From the NCBI RefSeq assembly GCF_030546645.1, contig NZ_JAUOTO010000003.1, positions 254,956-278,955 of the forward strand: DNA of 24,000 bases, written 5' to 3'. Numbering within the stretch: the stretch's first letter is position 1; the number at the start of each line of letters is the position of its first letter. Below the pieces are notes generated by a model, which saw nothing but the letters and a program-made list of their open reading frames with translations, ran no database searches and was not told where the DNA came from. The translations under genes and the position numbers were made by a program. This DNA comes from Flavitalea sp. BT771. GTDB taxonomy: Bacteria > Bacteroidota > Bacteroidia > Chitinophagales > Chitinophagaceae. Shown here in pieces: positions 23,654 to 24,000 of the stretch.

Positions 23654-24000
23654 CTACGGCGCCACCACCTCCAGCAATGGCTTACCCTTCTCCACCACAT
23701 AGGTGGCCAGTTCACTTGCCTTGCTCTTCCCGGTATTTTTAGCGGAATGAGGCGTTCCGCTGGGAATGAAAAGTACTTGCCCGGGGTGTAACGTGACGGC
23801 CGGCCGGCCTTCAACTTCGTATTCCAGCGATCCTTCGAGTACATAGATGATCTCTTCCCCAGGATGCCGGTGTTTGGCGGCGGTCGCTCCTGGCGCGAAA
23901 TCGACCCGGACCTGCACGGTTTCCCAACCGGTGATGCTGAGATCGTGCCGCTGAAGATCGATGCGGGTGATGGGCTGGGTTGCAGCCGGCGCCTGTGCAT
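23654..24000 (-). CDS. Cupin-domain protein (5' end beyond window)
   Basis: Cupin motifs are FAPGATAAKHRHPGEEIIYVLEG and LHPGQVLFIPSGTPHSAKN. The same frame stays open upstream of the track's GVG-start at 23917 (..AQAPAATQPITRIDLQRHDLSITGWETVQVRVDF), so the gene continues past nt 24000. Confidence 0.8.
   Translation of the reverse strand, partial: AQAPAATQPITRIDLQRHDLSITGWETVQVRVDFAPGATAAKHRHPGEEIIYVLEGSLEYEVEGRPAVTLHPGQVLFIPSGTPHSAKNTGKSKASELATYVVEKGKPLLEVVAP

Noticed and set aside
23626-24000. 124-aa minus-strand ORF (MHRRRLQPSPSP...) overlapping the cupin
   Set aside because: It is an alternative frame of the same strand. The other frame gives canonical cupin motifs and stays open to the window edge. 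This frame gives a Pro/Arg/Ser-rich product.
1-24000. Scan for CRISPR repeats, IS or transposase genes, integrases, tRNA/rRNA genes and known defence-system genes
   Set aside because: I saw no regularly spaced direct repeats, no DDE or tyrosine/serine recombinase-like ORFs, no tRNA-like T-loop signatures and no nuclease, helicase or methylase-type ORFs. Nearly all long ORFs are accounted for by metabolic, transport or regulatory genes.

Overview
The window looks like a Bacteroidota chromosomal segment. It has a SusC/SusD pair, several lipoprotein-type signal peptides, a TAnnTTTG-type -7 promoter box and tightly packed operons. I see five blocks. (1) 2-7228 (+): the 3' part of a polysaccharide-utilisation operon, with a SusC C-terminus, SusD, two tandem translationally coupled paralogs of an exported protein family I cannot assign, and a roughly 600-aa GH2 enzyme. 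(2) 7237-14272: a visibly lower-GC, self-contained divergent module. A TPR/HisKA_2 sensor kinase and a REC-GAF-like-sigma54 AAA+ activator lie on the minus strand, facing three different alpha/beta-hydrolases on the plus strand. The shared intergenic region carries a palindromic operator-like repeat and a weak -24/-12-like element. (3) 14282-18139 (-): a tightly coupled four-gene operon with a frameshifted alpha/beta hydrolase, a DinB-like protein, an unusual NRDE(TANGO2-like)::ATP-grasp fusion and a LysE-type exporter. (4) 18211-18559: a decayed TlpA-like thioredoxin remnant, followed by a 950-aa GH2 beta-galactosidase at 18638-21490. (5) 21929-24000 (-): a TIGR03118-like beta-propeller lipoprotein, a small low-complexity ORF with its own terminator, and a cupin whose 5' end is off-window. 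I saw no rRNA, tRNA, CRISPR array, transposase, integrase or recognisable defence genes. The two most novel-looking items are the unassigned PUL paralog pair and the NRDE::ATP-grasp operon. All family calls rest on motif recognition by eye, because no searches could be run.
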